A stretch of DNA of 64,000 nt from Candidatus Marinacidobacterales bacterium (GTDB lineage Bacteria > Acidobacteriota > Vicinamibacteria > Marinacidobacterales > SMYC01), in assembly GCA_965224085.1 (NCBI GenBank), contig CBDCYI010000009.1:744556-808555 (forward strand). The letters run 5' to 3'. Shown in pieces: positions 37,637-46,531 of this stretch. The stretch's first letter is position 1. Each line of letters begins with the position of its first letter. The translations under genes were made by a program, and so were the position numbers. The notes under the pieces were generated by a model that was not told where the DNA came from, ran no database searches, and saw nothing but the letters and a program-made list of their open reading frames with translations.

Positions 37637-39112
37637 CTAGTCACGCGACGCTTTTGCAGGAGGACGTTTTGTAGGGGGACGGATCCCTTTCTCCAAGACC
37701 CTTTGCACAAAGCCAACCATGATTTGCGTCGATTCCACTAGCCCTGCGATGCTCACGAATTCATCGGGTGAGTGCGCGCCACCGCCACCGCCCGGGAGCT
37801 TGATGCCTCCGGAATAGAGCACGATCGCGCCCACGTTCCAGAAATCTGGCCTGCCGCCTCCGCCACTTCCTCCCCATCTCATCTCTATATCTTGGTTCCC
37901 CGTGTACTCACGGCTGAACTCCAAGATTTCCTGTACCAGCGGGTCGTCTTCGGTGATCACGTCCCAAACGTTTCCGGGAGCCTTTTGAACGTGAGTAACC
38001 TCGAGCTCAACGCGCAGCTCGGGATTCTCTTTCATGAGGTCATCAAGTAGCTGGTTTAGTTCCGCCACCACCTGGCGGTGGTCTTGATTCGGAAACAGGC
38101 GAAGATCCAGAAACGCCTCTGCCTTCGACGGCATGACGTTGACCGCCACGTCGCGCGGGTCGCCGGTGGTAAGCACGGTAACATCCACCATGGGCTTCCG
38201 ACCAGCGAATAACGGATCTTCTTCCCAGGTCATCCAGCGATCTACATCGATTACGGCTGGTATGACCTCCACAATTTGATGGGCGGCGTTGATCCCCCCA
38301 GGCGGATGGTGCATTTTCCCGGTGACGATCACCTTCGCCCAGACGTGGCCTCCCGCCTTACTGAATCTTGGTCCAAGACCCCCGGTGAGGTACCAGTCCG
38401 CTGCGATGAGTTCTGGCCGGTTTTCTACGACCCAGGGTAGACCAAACTCCGTTGCGCCCTCTCCCGGTGGGATGGTCACAACCAGATCACCCTCCAGCTT
38501 GACCCCGGACTCCTTGAGAACCCTTAAGGTCTCGATGCGCTTCGCCACCCCTGCATGCGAATTGGTGGCGCCGCGCCCATAGATCTTACCGTCGATGATC
38601 TCCCCTCCTAGTGGGTCTACCGTCCAAACACCCCGATCTCCGATCACAACGTTGTTGTAGTGCGTTGTCAACCCCAGAACGGGCTTCCCGGTCGTACCCC
38701 GAAGTCGCGCGACAACGACAGGAAAGTCAGAAGGATCCCCTGGATATTTTACTCCGAGACCCCGATGATACGGCGCCTCGAAAGGCTCCTCGGGATAAAC
38801 CACCTCAACCTCGACCCCGATAGCCCTAAGCTCTTTTCCAAGGAACTCGGCCACCTCTGCATGATTATGGACGACGCCCTTTGCGAATTCAGTGTTGATC
38901 CGTACCATTTGCTGCACGAGCCTGACGAGATTCTCTTCGCTCACAAGCTCTTTGGGGTCTTGCGGAGTCGCGCGCTCCTGACTTTGCTCCACACTTTGCC
39001 CTTCACAACCGGACAATAAGACCATTACCACCAGCGCCACTGCTGCCCACCGCCATCCGCGAGGTGGTGTCCAAGACCTGACTTTACATCCTAAAAAACT
39101 CATTCCAATCAT
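37637..39112 (-). CDS. M20-family metallopeptidase (ArgE/DapE/carboxypeptidase-like) lipoprotein
   Basis: RBS AAAAGGAGGGAG. Lipobox VLLSGC. M20 text LTTHYNNVV.GD, GRGATNSHAG, and a C-terminal GGGGAHSPDEF. GC content is visibly lower than the core genes. Confidence 0.75.
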   Translation of the reverse strand: MIGMSFLGCKVRSWTPPRGWRWAAVALVVMVLLSGCEGQSVEQSQERATPQDPKELVSEENLVRLVQQMVRINTEFAKGVVHNHAEVAEFLGKELRAIGVEVEVVYPEEPFEAPYHRGLGVKYPGDPSDFPVVVARLRGTTGKPVLGLTTHYNNVVIGDRGVWTVDPLGGEIIDGKIYGRGATNSHAGVAKRIETLRVLKESGVKLEGDLVVTIPPGEGATEFGLPWVVENRPELIAADWYLTGGLGPRFSKAGGHVWAKVIVTGKMHHPPGGINAAHQIVEVIPAVIDVDRWMTWEEDPLFAGRKPMVDVTVLTTGDPRDVAVNVMPSKAEAFLDLRLFPNQDHRQVVAELNQLLDDLMKENPELRVELEVTHVQKAPGNVWDVITEDDPLVQEILEFSREYTGNQDIEMRWGGSGGGGRPDFWNVGAIVLYSGGIKLPGGGGGAHSPDEFVSIAGLVESTQIMVGFVQRVLEKGIRPPTKRPPAKASRD

Positions 39113-39444
39113 TGGTTTCTCCCTCCTTTTATTTTTGATTCATCTCCCGATTTTTTGCCTACATTCATTTTCAATCTGCCCCGTGCCACAGCTTGCTCAA
39201 CAGCTGGTTCCAAGCTTGCAGCCGAAGCATCCGCTACTCGCTGAAGCCGAATCTGGCCAATGTGGTGTTTCCCTCCATTTGTGCTGCTATTACCACAAGT
39301 GCCTTACCCTCGGCTCCACGACCTCGTTTCCAAGACTCTTACCCGCCAACCTCAGTGTCTCATCAACCTCTATCTTAAAGCAGCTAACGATGAATTTGTT
39401 AAAACGTGAACCTAACCCCTAACTTCATTATTCTCGCACCAAAA

Positions 39445-39973
39445 GTATCAATGGCACGTCTTCCCCCGCACCAGACCCGCCGCGGCCAACCGCTCCAGCA
39501 CCCACGTGAACACCGCCGCGTGCGTCTCGACAGTCGATCCGCCGCCGCGTCCGCGACAGCGTCGAGTGGTCCGGCGCCGCCTCGGTCACGTCTAGGTCCA
39601 GAAACGACCGCAGACTCAACGAATCGGCCACCCGCCACGCAATCCCCCGCTCCGACGACAGCCCCTCGAAATAGCCGATGAACAGCAACCGGAAATACCG
39701 ACCCGGGCGCAGACTCGGCCGGCCCAGCCGGTCTGCGTAGAAGGCCGCGCACAACCCTTCCACCAAGGCGTCGAACCCGGACTCTCCCAGGACCCGGTTC
39801 AGTCGCTCGAAGAAAGGATGGCCGCTGCTCGTCGGAAGGTCTTCCGTGTTCACCCACATCGGTGACGCCTGCCGTGCCGCCGGTTTCTTGCCCATTGCCA
39901 TGCCTACGCGAGCTACCAACCCACGCTGCGGAATTTTGACGAGGCTACCAGCTTCACGCAGTTTCTCGAGCAA
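39445..39973 (-). pseudogene. IS5/IS1182-like transposase (InsH N-terminal domain type), frameshifted and truncated
   Basis: HPFFERLNRVL...LGRPSLRPGRYFRLLFIGYFEGLSSERGIAWRVADSLSLRSFL..APDHSTLSRTRRRI. Then another frame reads VETHAAVFTWVLERLAAAGLVRGKT and stops. Confidence 0.7.
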
Positions 39974-40030
39974 GGCTCGACGCGACGGGCATACTCGGGT
40001 GGAAGCGGTACGGCGTTCGAGCTTGGCGGA

Positions 40031-40546
40031 ATGTTCTCACTGACACCGAAGTTCGCGCTCATGGGGAGCTTCGAGAGCCTCTCGGCGACGCATGACGCGA
40101 CTTTGGACATTTCCGTACCGCATCCCCTGCTGTTCAACCGGCCACGCACAGCCAGCACGGACATTGATGCGCTCGACTACTCGGAGCGCGCGCTCCACTT
40201 CGATATCGCGTACCGGATTGCGGTACCCCCGGTCGAGATCGATCTCTTTGTCGGTCCGAGCATCTTTTTTGCAAAAACCGAGCTCCTCGATCAAGGCACC
40301 ACGGACTCGCAATACCCGTTCGACGAGCTGTCGCTCACGGCCGTAAGCCGTGTGACCTTGGACGAGAGCGCTCTTGGCTTCAACGCGGGCGCCGGTGTGA
40401 CGTACTACATGACGGAAGCAGTGGGAGTTTCCTTCGTGACGCGCTTCAGTCAGGCGGGCCTCGAGGCGATGCGAGAGGGGGGCGAGCCCGTCGCTTTCGA
40501 TGCCGGTGGATTCCGGGTAGGAGGCGGTATCCGGATCAAGTTCTAG
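40031..40546 (+). pseudogene. C-terminal part of an outer-membrane beta-barrel protein
   Basis: Alternating beta-strand pattern, GFNAGAGVTYYM, terminal ..GGGIRIKF (C-terminal Phe). There is no signal peptide, and the start abuts the IS fragment. Confidence 0.55.
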
Positions 40547-40593
40547 CCGGGCTAGGACCGTCCTGTCGTCATGGGAATATCGCATCGCGCTGG

Positions 40594-40743
40594 TTGCTCG
40601 CCCAGGCGGGCATTGAGCCGTCCGTCGGCAGCCGAGGCGACTCCTACGATAACGCTTTGGCTGAATCCATCATCGGCCTCTACAAGACCGAGGTGACCCG
40701 TCGACGCGGGGGCCCCCGACGAGACTTGAGTCGGAAGTACTGG
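40594..40743 (+). pseudogene. IS3-family OrfB fragment 2
   Basis: AGIEPSVGSRGDSYDNALAESIIGLYKTEVTRRRG overlaps the same region as fragment 1, so it comes from a second copy. Confidence 0.75.
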
Positions 40744-40801
40744 TGTGCCTTCTATTTATTCATCCGCGCGCCCCGAACTTGATTAGTCTCTGGTCTGCCG
40801 G
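40744..40801. repeat. IS-end sequence A, copy 2
   Basis: See 36724-36781. Confidence 0.8.
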
Positions 40802-40809
40802 TGCTTCCG

Positions 40810-40841
40810 CGTCGTGTCCAAAAACACAAACGAACTCAAGA
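40810..40841. repeat. IS-end sequence B, copy 2, followed by a transposase N-terminus
   Basis: See 36265-36296. Confidence 0.8.
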
Positions 40842-40911
40842 CCGGCTGCTGGGACGTTTCGGAATAGACGTGTCTACGCTTGGTTGGCCAATGGAAGCTA
40901 GAATCCTAGGT

Positions 40912-41040
40912 CATGAGCACGCGGGTCCAGCCCTTGACCTTGTTGGTCGCCATCGCTGGTTGGCTCCAGCGTGACCAACAGGCTGCTATGGTCTACTTGC
41001 TCGAGGAGAACAGAGTCCTCAAAGCTCGGCTTTGCGGGAG
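40912..41040 (+). pseudogene. N-terminal fragment of a transposase
   Basis: MSTRVQPLTLLVAIAGWLQRDQQAAMVYLLEENRVLKARL is a typical leader of integrase-core transposases. Breaks off where the low-GC DNA starts. Confidence 0.45.
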
Positions 41041-41394
41041 GAAGCTTCAACGGAGGCCAAAGAACTGGATTTAGAAAAGTTTGAAACAGAAACCATGAAC
41101 AAGATAGGTCTTCTCCCTGAGATTGGAGTAAGGTACAGAAGCACCTATTTCCAACATATCTTCAACCACGGACATCCTTCAGGATATTACAGCTACATAT
41201 GGACCGAGGTTCTTGATGCCGATGCCTTTGAAGTATTTAAAGAGACAGGCCTTTTTGACCAAAAAACAGCACAGGCATTCAGGGAGAACATTCTTGAAAG
41301 AGGCGGCACAGAAGATCCGATGACACTTTATAAGCGCTTCAGGGGAGCTGAACCTAAAATTGAGCCTTTGCTGAAGAGAAAAGGCTTTCAATAA
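41041..41394 (+). pseudogene. C-terminal fragment of an M3-family peptidase (peptidyl-dipeptidase Dcp / oligopeptidase A type), low GC
   Basis: YRSTYFQHIFNHGHPSGYYSYIWTEVLDADAFEVFKETGLFD..AQAFRENILERGG. AT-rich codon usage unlike the rest of the window. Confidence 0.75.
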
Positions 41395-41429
41395 TCATTT
41401 TCGGCCAATCCCGGCGCACACAAGAGAAG

Positions 41430-41465
41430 AACCGGGGCGCCACTATTGGCGCCCCGGTTTGTGTC
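41430..41465 (+). terminator. Rho-independent terminator after the M3 peptidase fragment
   Basis: AACCGGGGCGCC-ACTATT-GGCGCCCCGGTT, followed by a short T/G-rich tract (TGTGTC). Confidence 0.7.
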
Positions 41466-41630
41466 GTCCTTCGAGACCTAGAGGTTTACGCCTTCTTTTC
41501 CTCCCAACCGTGTTAAAACTCTAAGCGGAGTCCGAATCTCACGATGTTTCGTGTCACACTCATTTGGACCATTTAGCGGAATGAGCTAAGAGACACTTTC
41601 AGGGACGGAGTCCCGGTTGGAGAGTGTCCA

Positions 41631-41729
41631 ATGAGTAAGAACGAGCAGTCCGCGGAGTCGGCGGTGCGTGAGATCCGTCGCAAGACGCGTCGCCGATTTT
41701 CTGGTGAAGAGAAGATCCGGATTGTGTTG
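41631..41729 (+). pseudogene. IS3-family OrfA N-terminal fragment
   Basis: MSKNEQSAESAVREIRRKTRRRFSGEEKIRIVL, then the 21-nt repeat GCCGAGTTTTGGCACAGGACG. Confidence 0.6.
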
Positions 41730-41750
41730 GCCGAGTTTTGGCACAGGACG
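41730..41750. repeat. Third copy of the terminal 21 nt of the 55-bp repeat
   Basis: GCCGAGTTTTGGCACAGGACG is identical to the ends of 36976-37030 and 37293-37347. Confidence 0.8.
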
Positions 41751-41843
41751 AGTTATGAGGCAGCTTTGTGGAAATAGACGATTTTCCGAGAGCCATGCTA
41801 GACTTTTTGACGCCGTCTAATTCGACAGGTTTAGAAGAGAGTC

Positions 41844-44320
41844 TTGTCTCAAGAGACACCGCATCCGATCCATCGCCGCATTCAGGCTGAAGAGCTCGTG
41901 CGCCTTCGCCGGGCGAGCGAACATCGTCGGTACGCGGCGTCCCAGCGCCGTGGCCGTATCGACCCGAACCCTCATCAAATCAACGCAGTCATCTTCGCAT
42001 TGGAGCGCATTCCAGAAGGCGGCTGCATTCTTGCAGATGAAGTTGGCCTCGGCAAAACGATTGAAGCGGGTTTGGTCATTGCTCAGCTGCTCGCGGAGGG
42101 TTGGCAACGGGTCCTCCTGATCTTGCCGAAGGCCCTTCTGGGCCAATGGCAGAACGAGCTCTACACTCTCTTTGGGATCGAGACCCAGGAGGGCTCGCTG
42201 AGCCCGGACGCTTTCATCGGCCCCGGCGTGTTTCTTACCTCTCGCGATTTCGCAGGGAGTGAAAAGGGCTCGAGTCTCTTGCGGTCCGTCGAGCGTTTCG
42301 ACCTATGTGTCATCGACGAGGCGCACGAGATTTTTGCGGGCATCCACAAGCGGTTTGATCGCTACGGCTTCTACAAAGAAGACTCTAAGGACGCGCAGAT
42401 GGCGCATCGCGTGCGTCAGGTGTTCACCGACGTACCCAAGTTGCTGCTCACAGCAACACCCATCCAGAACTCCCTTGTGGAGCTCTGGGGCCTAACGCAA
42501 TGGATCGAGCCAACCGGTACTCTGCTTGGAAACCTCGCAACCTTCCGCGAGGTGTTCTGCGACGGTGACGATCGGTCGCTCGTGGTCGACCAAGCCCATG
42601 AGCTGCGGCGACGCATCAGCCGCATTTGCCAGCGCACGCTTCGTCGCCAGGCCCAGGAGTTCTTGGACAAACCCTTTGTTGACCGCCGAGCACTTTTGCT
42701 CGAGTACCGAATGAGTCCGGAGGAACGCCAGGTCTACGACGATGTGACTCGATATCTCCTTGAGCCCAACATCTGTGCCTTTAGTGGCAATCAGAGGCAA
42801 CTTCTCCTTATCAGTTTCCACCGCCTCATGGCTTCCTCGCTTGCGGCCCTGGCCGCGAGTCTGCGCAAGGTCGCGGAACGACTGGAGAAAATGCTCGCTG
42901 GCGTCACTCCGCATCGTCTCAGCGAAAGCGTCCGTGATTTCGCGTTGGATCTCGAAGACGAGCTACCCCCACTAGCCGAGGACGAGGAGACGGCACCGGC
43001 TGCGCTGACCCCAGAGAAGATCCAAGACGAGCTCGAACGTGTTCAGCGCTTCGTTCAACGTGTCGAGCGCCTTCCGCGGGACGGCAAGGCCGAACGGCTC
43101 CTCAAGGCTGTCCGCCTCATCCAGAAGAGAAAAGGCAAAGGTAGAGGCAAGATCGTCATCTTTACGGAGTCACTCACAACACAGGACCACCTCAAGGACA
43201 TTCTTATTAAGAGCGGTTTCGCTCCTCGAGATATCACGTTATTCCGCGGAGATAATGCGTCGCCGAGAGCCAGTGAAGCTTTGGAATGCTGGGACGAGGA
43301 AGTTGGTCAGCATATACCAAAGTACAGTCGCCCGAGCCGAAGTGTTGCTGCCCGCCTCGCGCTGGTCCACGAGTTTCAAACACGGTCCCGGATTTTCATC
43401 TCAACCGAGGCTGGCGCAAAAGGACTGAACCTTCAGTTCTGTGACACTCTGATCAACTACGACCTTCCGTGGAATCCGCAACGGATCGAGCAACGAATCG
43501 GACGGTGCCACCGATACGGTCAGACACACGACGTCACGGTCATTAACTTCGTCGCCAAAGACAACGAAGCCGAACGTCTTCTTTTTGAGATTCTCAGCGA
43601 CAAGCTGGACCTCTTCGGCACGGTGCTCGACGCATCTGACTCGTACTGCACGAAGCGTCGACATCAACGCCGGAAACGCTTACGACGGCGCTTGGTGCGG
43701 ATTTCGAGTCTCGACTTCGCCGTATCTACGAACGCGCGAGAACGGTGGAGGAGATCGAGGAGGAGCTTCGCCGATTGCGCGAAACCATGGAGGCCAAAAG
43801 GCGCGACTTCGAGCAGGAGACCGATCGAACACGAGGCCTGATCGAGACACGGATCGACAAGACGGTTAGAGCTGTCTTCCGACAGATCCAGGAAGAGTTA
43901 CCGAGCAGTCTTGCACAATTGGATCGGGATATTGATGAGGTAGTGACCGGCTACTTGACTGCGATCAACGCGCCCTTCGAGCGGACGACGAAGGACGGTA
44001 GGATCTTCCTCGAGCTTTCCGCATCGCCGGCTCTACCGGAAGAACTGCGCGAGGGCGCGCAGGTGGCCATTGGACATGCTAAGGACCTGGAGGACACTGA
44101 CCCGGTGCATCTGGGCCATCCATTGGTTCGTGCTGCTTTGGAGGAGTCCAGAGCCGCCACAGAGGGTCGCCTCCGAGTGCGTTTCAAGCTGAACGACAAG
44201 TCAGGCGATCCGCTGGACGAATACCGCCACAAACGCGGGTACTTGGCCGTCACGAAGGTGAAATATGGCGGTGTTGAGGCCGTGGAGCATTTGGTGCCGA
44301 GTCTGACCCTTGAAGACACC
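41844..44320 (+). pseudogene. SNF2-family (RapA/DrmD-like) helicase: frameshift near 43635-43650, 3' end lost near 44320
   Basis: NPHQINAVIFAL, ADEVGLGKTIEAG, VIDEAHEIF, LLLTATPIQNSL, STEAGAKGLNLQ, QRIGRCHRYGQ. The second frame continues ...LGADFESRLRRIYERARTVEEIEEEL. Confidence 0.8.
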
Positions 44321-45514
44321 GACCTCGCCGTCGTTCGGATCGTGCGGCGGTGTATGCGCAAATCTCACCGAGAGCGCTATGAAGACACGCGCGACTTGTT
44401 ACGGGATCTCAAGACCGTTGCCTTGCACAACCGCGAGCTTCCGCCTATTCCTCCCGTGCCTCAGATCCCGGAGCCCGATGTTCCGTCCTTTGGGGGCGCC
44501 ATCCACGGTCGGGTGGGGCGAGACGTGCGAAACGCGCTCTCGGGAGCGGAGCGCGAGATCCGCGCGTCTTTCGGCGAGACCGAGTTCTATCTTCGTTCGC
44601 GCGACGGCGCGACCAAATCGTTATCGGAAAGAAGGCTCCGGCGCAAACTACGTCGAAACCGCTTCAGCGGGGATGAAATGGTGCGGCGAGGCGATGAGGG
44701 TGAGTGGGTGCCTATCTACGAGAGTGATCTTTTCCGCCAAGAAGTCCCCTATAGTGGGGATCCGGCCATTTGGGTGGGCAAGCGCAAGATCGCCGATTTC
44801 ATGCAGCACGCCTGTACTTTTGTCACGTTCGGGGTCGCATGGTACTTTTTCCTTGGCGAAGTGCCCGTGTGGATGGGCTTTTGGGGCATTGGGCTCGCCT
44901 TTCACGCCATGAGCACGCTCCCGGCAGCGCTGCCGTTTCTCCGGCGAAAGCGAGAGCTCGCCGCAAAAACCACGCCTGCGCTGGCCGAGGTACCCGCGGC
45001 TTTGCCCGACTCGCTCTTGTCCGCCTCTTTTCTCGAGGAGGTCGAGCGCGTCAAAGCGCTCTTGTCGCGTCGCGACGGCGAGGAGACGGAGCCTCTTGTG
45101 GCGGAAGTGGACGCGATCGTGAGCGGGGTGCGCGATCTCGCATTGAGGCATCGCGACCTTTCCGAGCAGACCTCGTCCGAGGAGCGCGACGCTCTTCAGG
45201 GGACACTCGAGGAGGCGGAGCGCAATCTCGTGGCGGCGGACAACGCGAATGACCGGCGACTCTTCCAGCGTCAGCTCGAAGTCATTCGGCAAAGAAGCGA
45301 GGCCATCCACAAAGCTTTGGGTGTGCTCGGTCGTCTCAAGGTTCGTCAGGACGTTGCCGAGCAGCAGATCAAGCAGCTTCGGCTGGATTTGTCACGCGGG
45401 GAAGCGTCGAGCGCGAGTGTGCCGAAGCTCACGTCGAGACTTTCGGATATCCGCCACGAAGTCGACGCGACCGAGCGCGTGGATGAAGCGATCGCTCGAG
45501 AGCTCTTGAGCTAA
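44321..45514 (+). pseudogene. Tail of a Hanks-type Ser/Thr kinase gene (GYF-like segment, two TM helices, coiled coil), fused in frame to the helicase remnant
   Basis: IVRRCMRKSHRERYEDTRDLLRDL matches the kinase subdomain XI pattern. GDEGEWVPIYESDLF. Hydrophobic FVTFGVAWYFFLGEVPVWMGFWGIGLAFHAM. Heptad-rich C-terminus. Confidence 0.55.
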
Positions 45515-45553
45515 CACGCGCGCACTTTACCGTCGCGTCGAACATCGAGACGC

Positions 45554-46450
45554 TCACATGATGTTGAAGTCAACCGCAATGTCGCCGACGACGTTGACAG
45601 GCTCGCCTTTGAGCTTCGCCGGGACGAAGACCCACTGACGCACGCAGGTGATCGCCTGATCGTTCAGACCGCCTCCCAATCCCTGAACGACGCGCACGTC
45701 GCCGATGCGTCCTTCCTTGAGAATGACGACCTCGAGCACGACCGTGCCTTCGATCTTCTTGGAGAGCGCGTCTTGCGTGTATATGGGCCGCACTTGTTTG
45801 CGAAGGATGGGAGGCGTGATGCCGGAGCCCATGCGATAAGCGCCGCCGCCGAAGCCCCCGCCAGTGCCGGGTCCAAGCCCTGACCCGTCACCCTCACCGA
45901 TGCCGCCTCCGTTACCCGCGCCCGCGTTCGCGGCGAGCTCGTCCTCGCCTTCGAGGTCGCCGCGGGTGTTCAGGTCGTCCGGCGCCATGGCGACGATCGG
46001 CGCTTTGATTTCAGGCGCGTCCTCTTCCTCTGGCTCCTCTTCTTCTTCCTCTTCCTCTTCTTCGGCAACTTCAGGATCATCGAAAACGAGCTTCTCTTCG
46101 GGAACCTCTACTTTCACTGCCACCGTCGCTGCGTCTTGACCCTCAATCTGCTGAAGTGACAAAGGCTCCTCGCTGCCGTCGCCGCCGCCGCCTCCTCCGC
46201 CGGGGCCGGGCTCCATGAAGAAGACGAGGCTCGGCGGGGTCCACTTTTCTTCCAAGGGAGGGCCTTCGGGGAAGAGAATGGAAATCATGAGGCCGCCAAA
46301 GGCGATGCTTATATAGCCGAGGGTGGTGTAGACCTGGGTCCGACGCTTGCGGTCGCGATTGTAGAAGGGTGGCTCGATCTCGGTCCCGGAGAACGCGCTG
46401 ACGATGTCGTCATTTCTGAAGACCTCTTTGAGCCACGCAAAAAACTTCAT
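45554..46450 (-). CDS. tonB: Energy transducer TonB
   Basis: N-terminal TM LGYISIAFGGLMISILF. C-terminal TonB domain PIYTQDALSKKIEGTVVLEVVILKEGRIGDVRVVQGLG..LNDQAITCVRQWVFVPA. Start taken at MKFFAWL. Confidence 0.8.
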   Translation of the reverse strand: MKFFAWLKEVFRNDDIVSAFSGTEIEPPFYNRDRKRRTQVYTTLGYISIAFGGLMISILFPEGPPLEEKWTPPSLVFFMEPGPGGGGGGGDGSEEPLSLQQIEGQDAATVAVKVEVPEEKLVFDDPEVAEEEEEEEEEEPEEEDAPEIKAPIVAMAPDDLNTRGDLEGEDELAANAGAGNGGGIGEGDGSGLGPGTGGGFGGGAYRMGSGITPPILRKQVRPIYTQDALSKKIEGTVVLEVVILKEGRIGDVRVVQGLGGGLNDQAITCVRQWVFVPAKLKGEPVNVVGDIAVDFNIM

Positions 46451-46531
46451 CTTGTCCCAATTTTCCTCTGAAGTCGGCGGGGATGCAAGAGAACCCGTCA
46501 CAGTACCGTTTGATAAACTCCGATTGCAACC

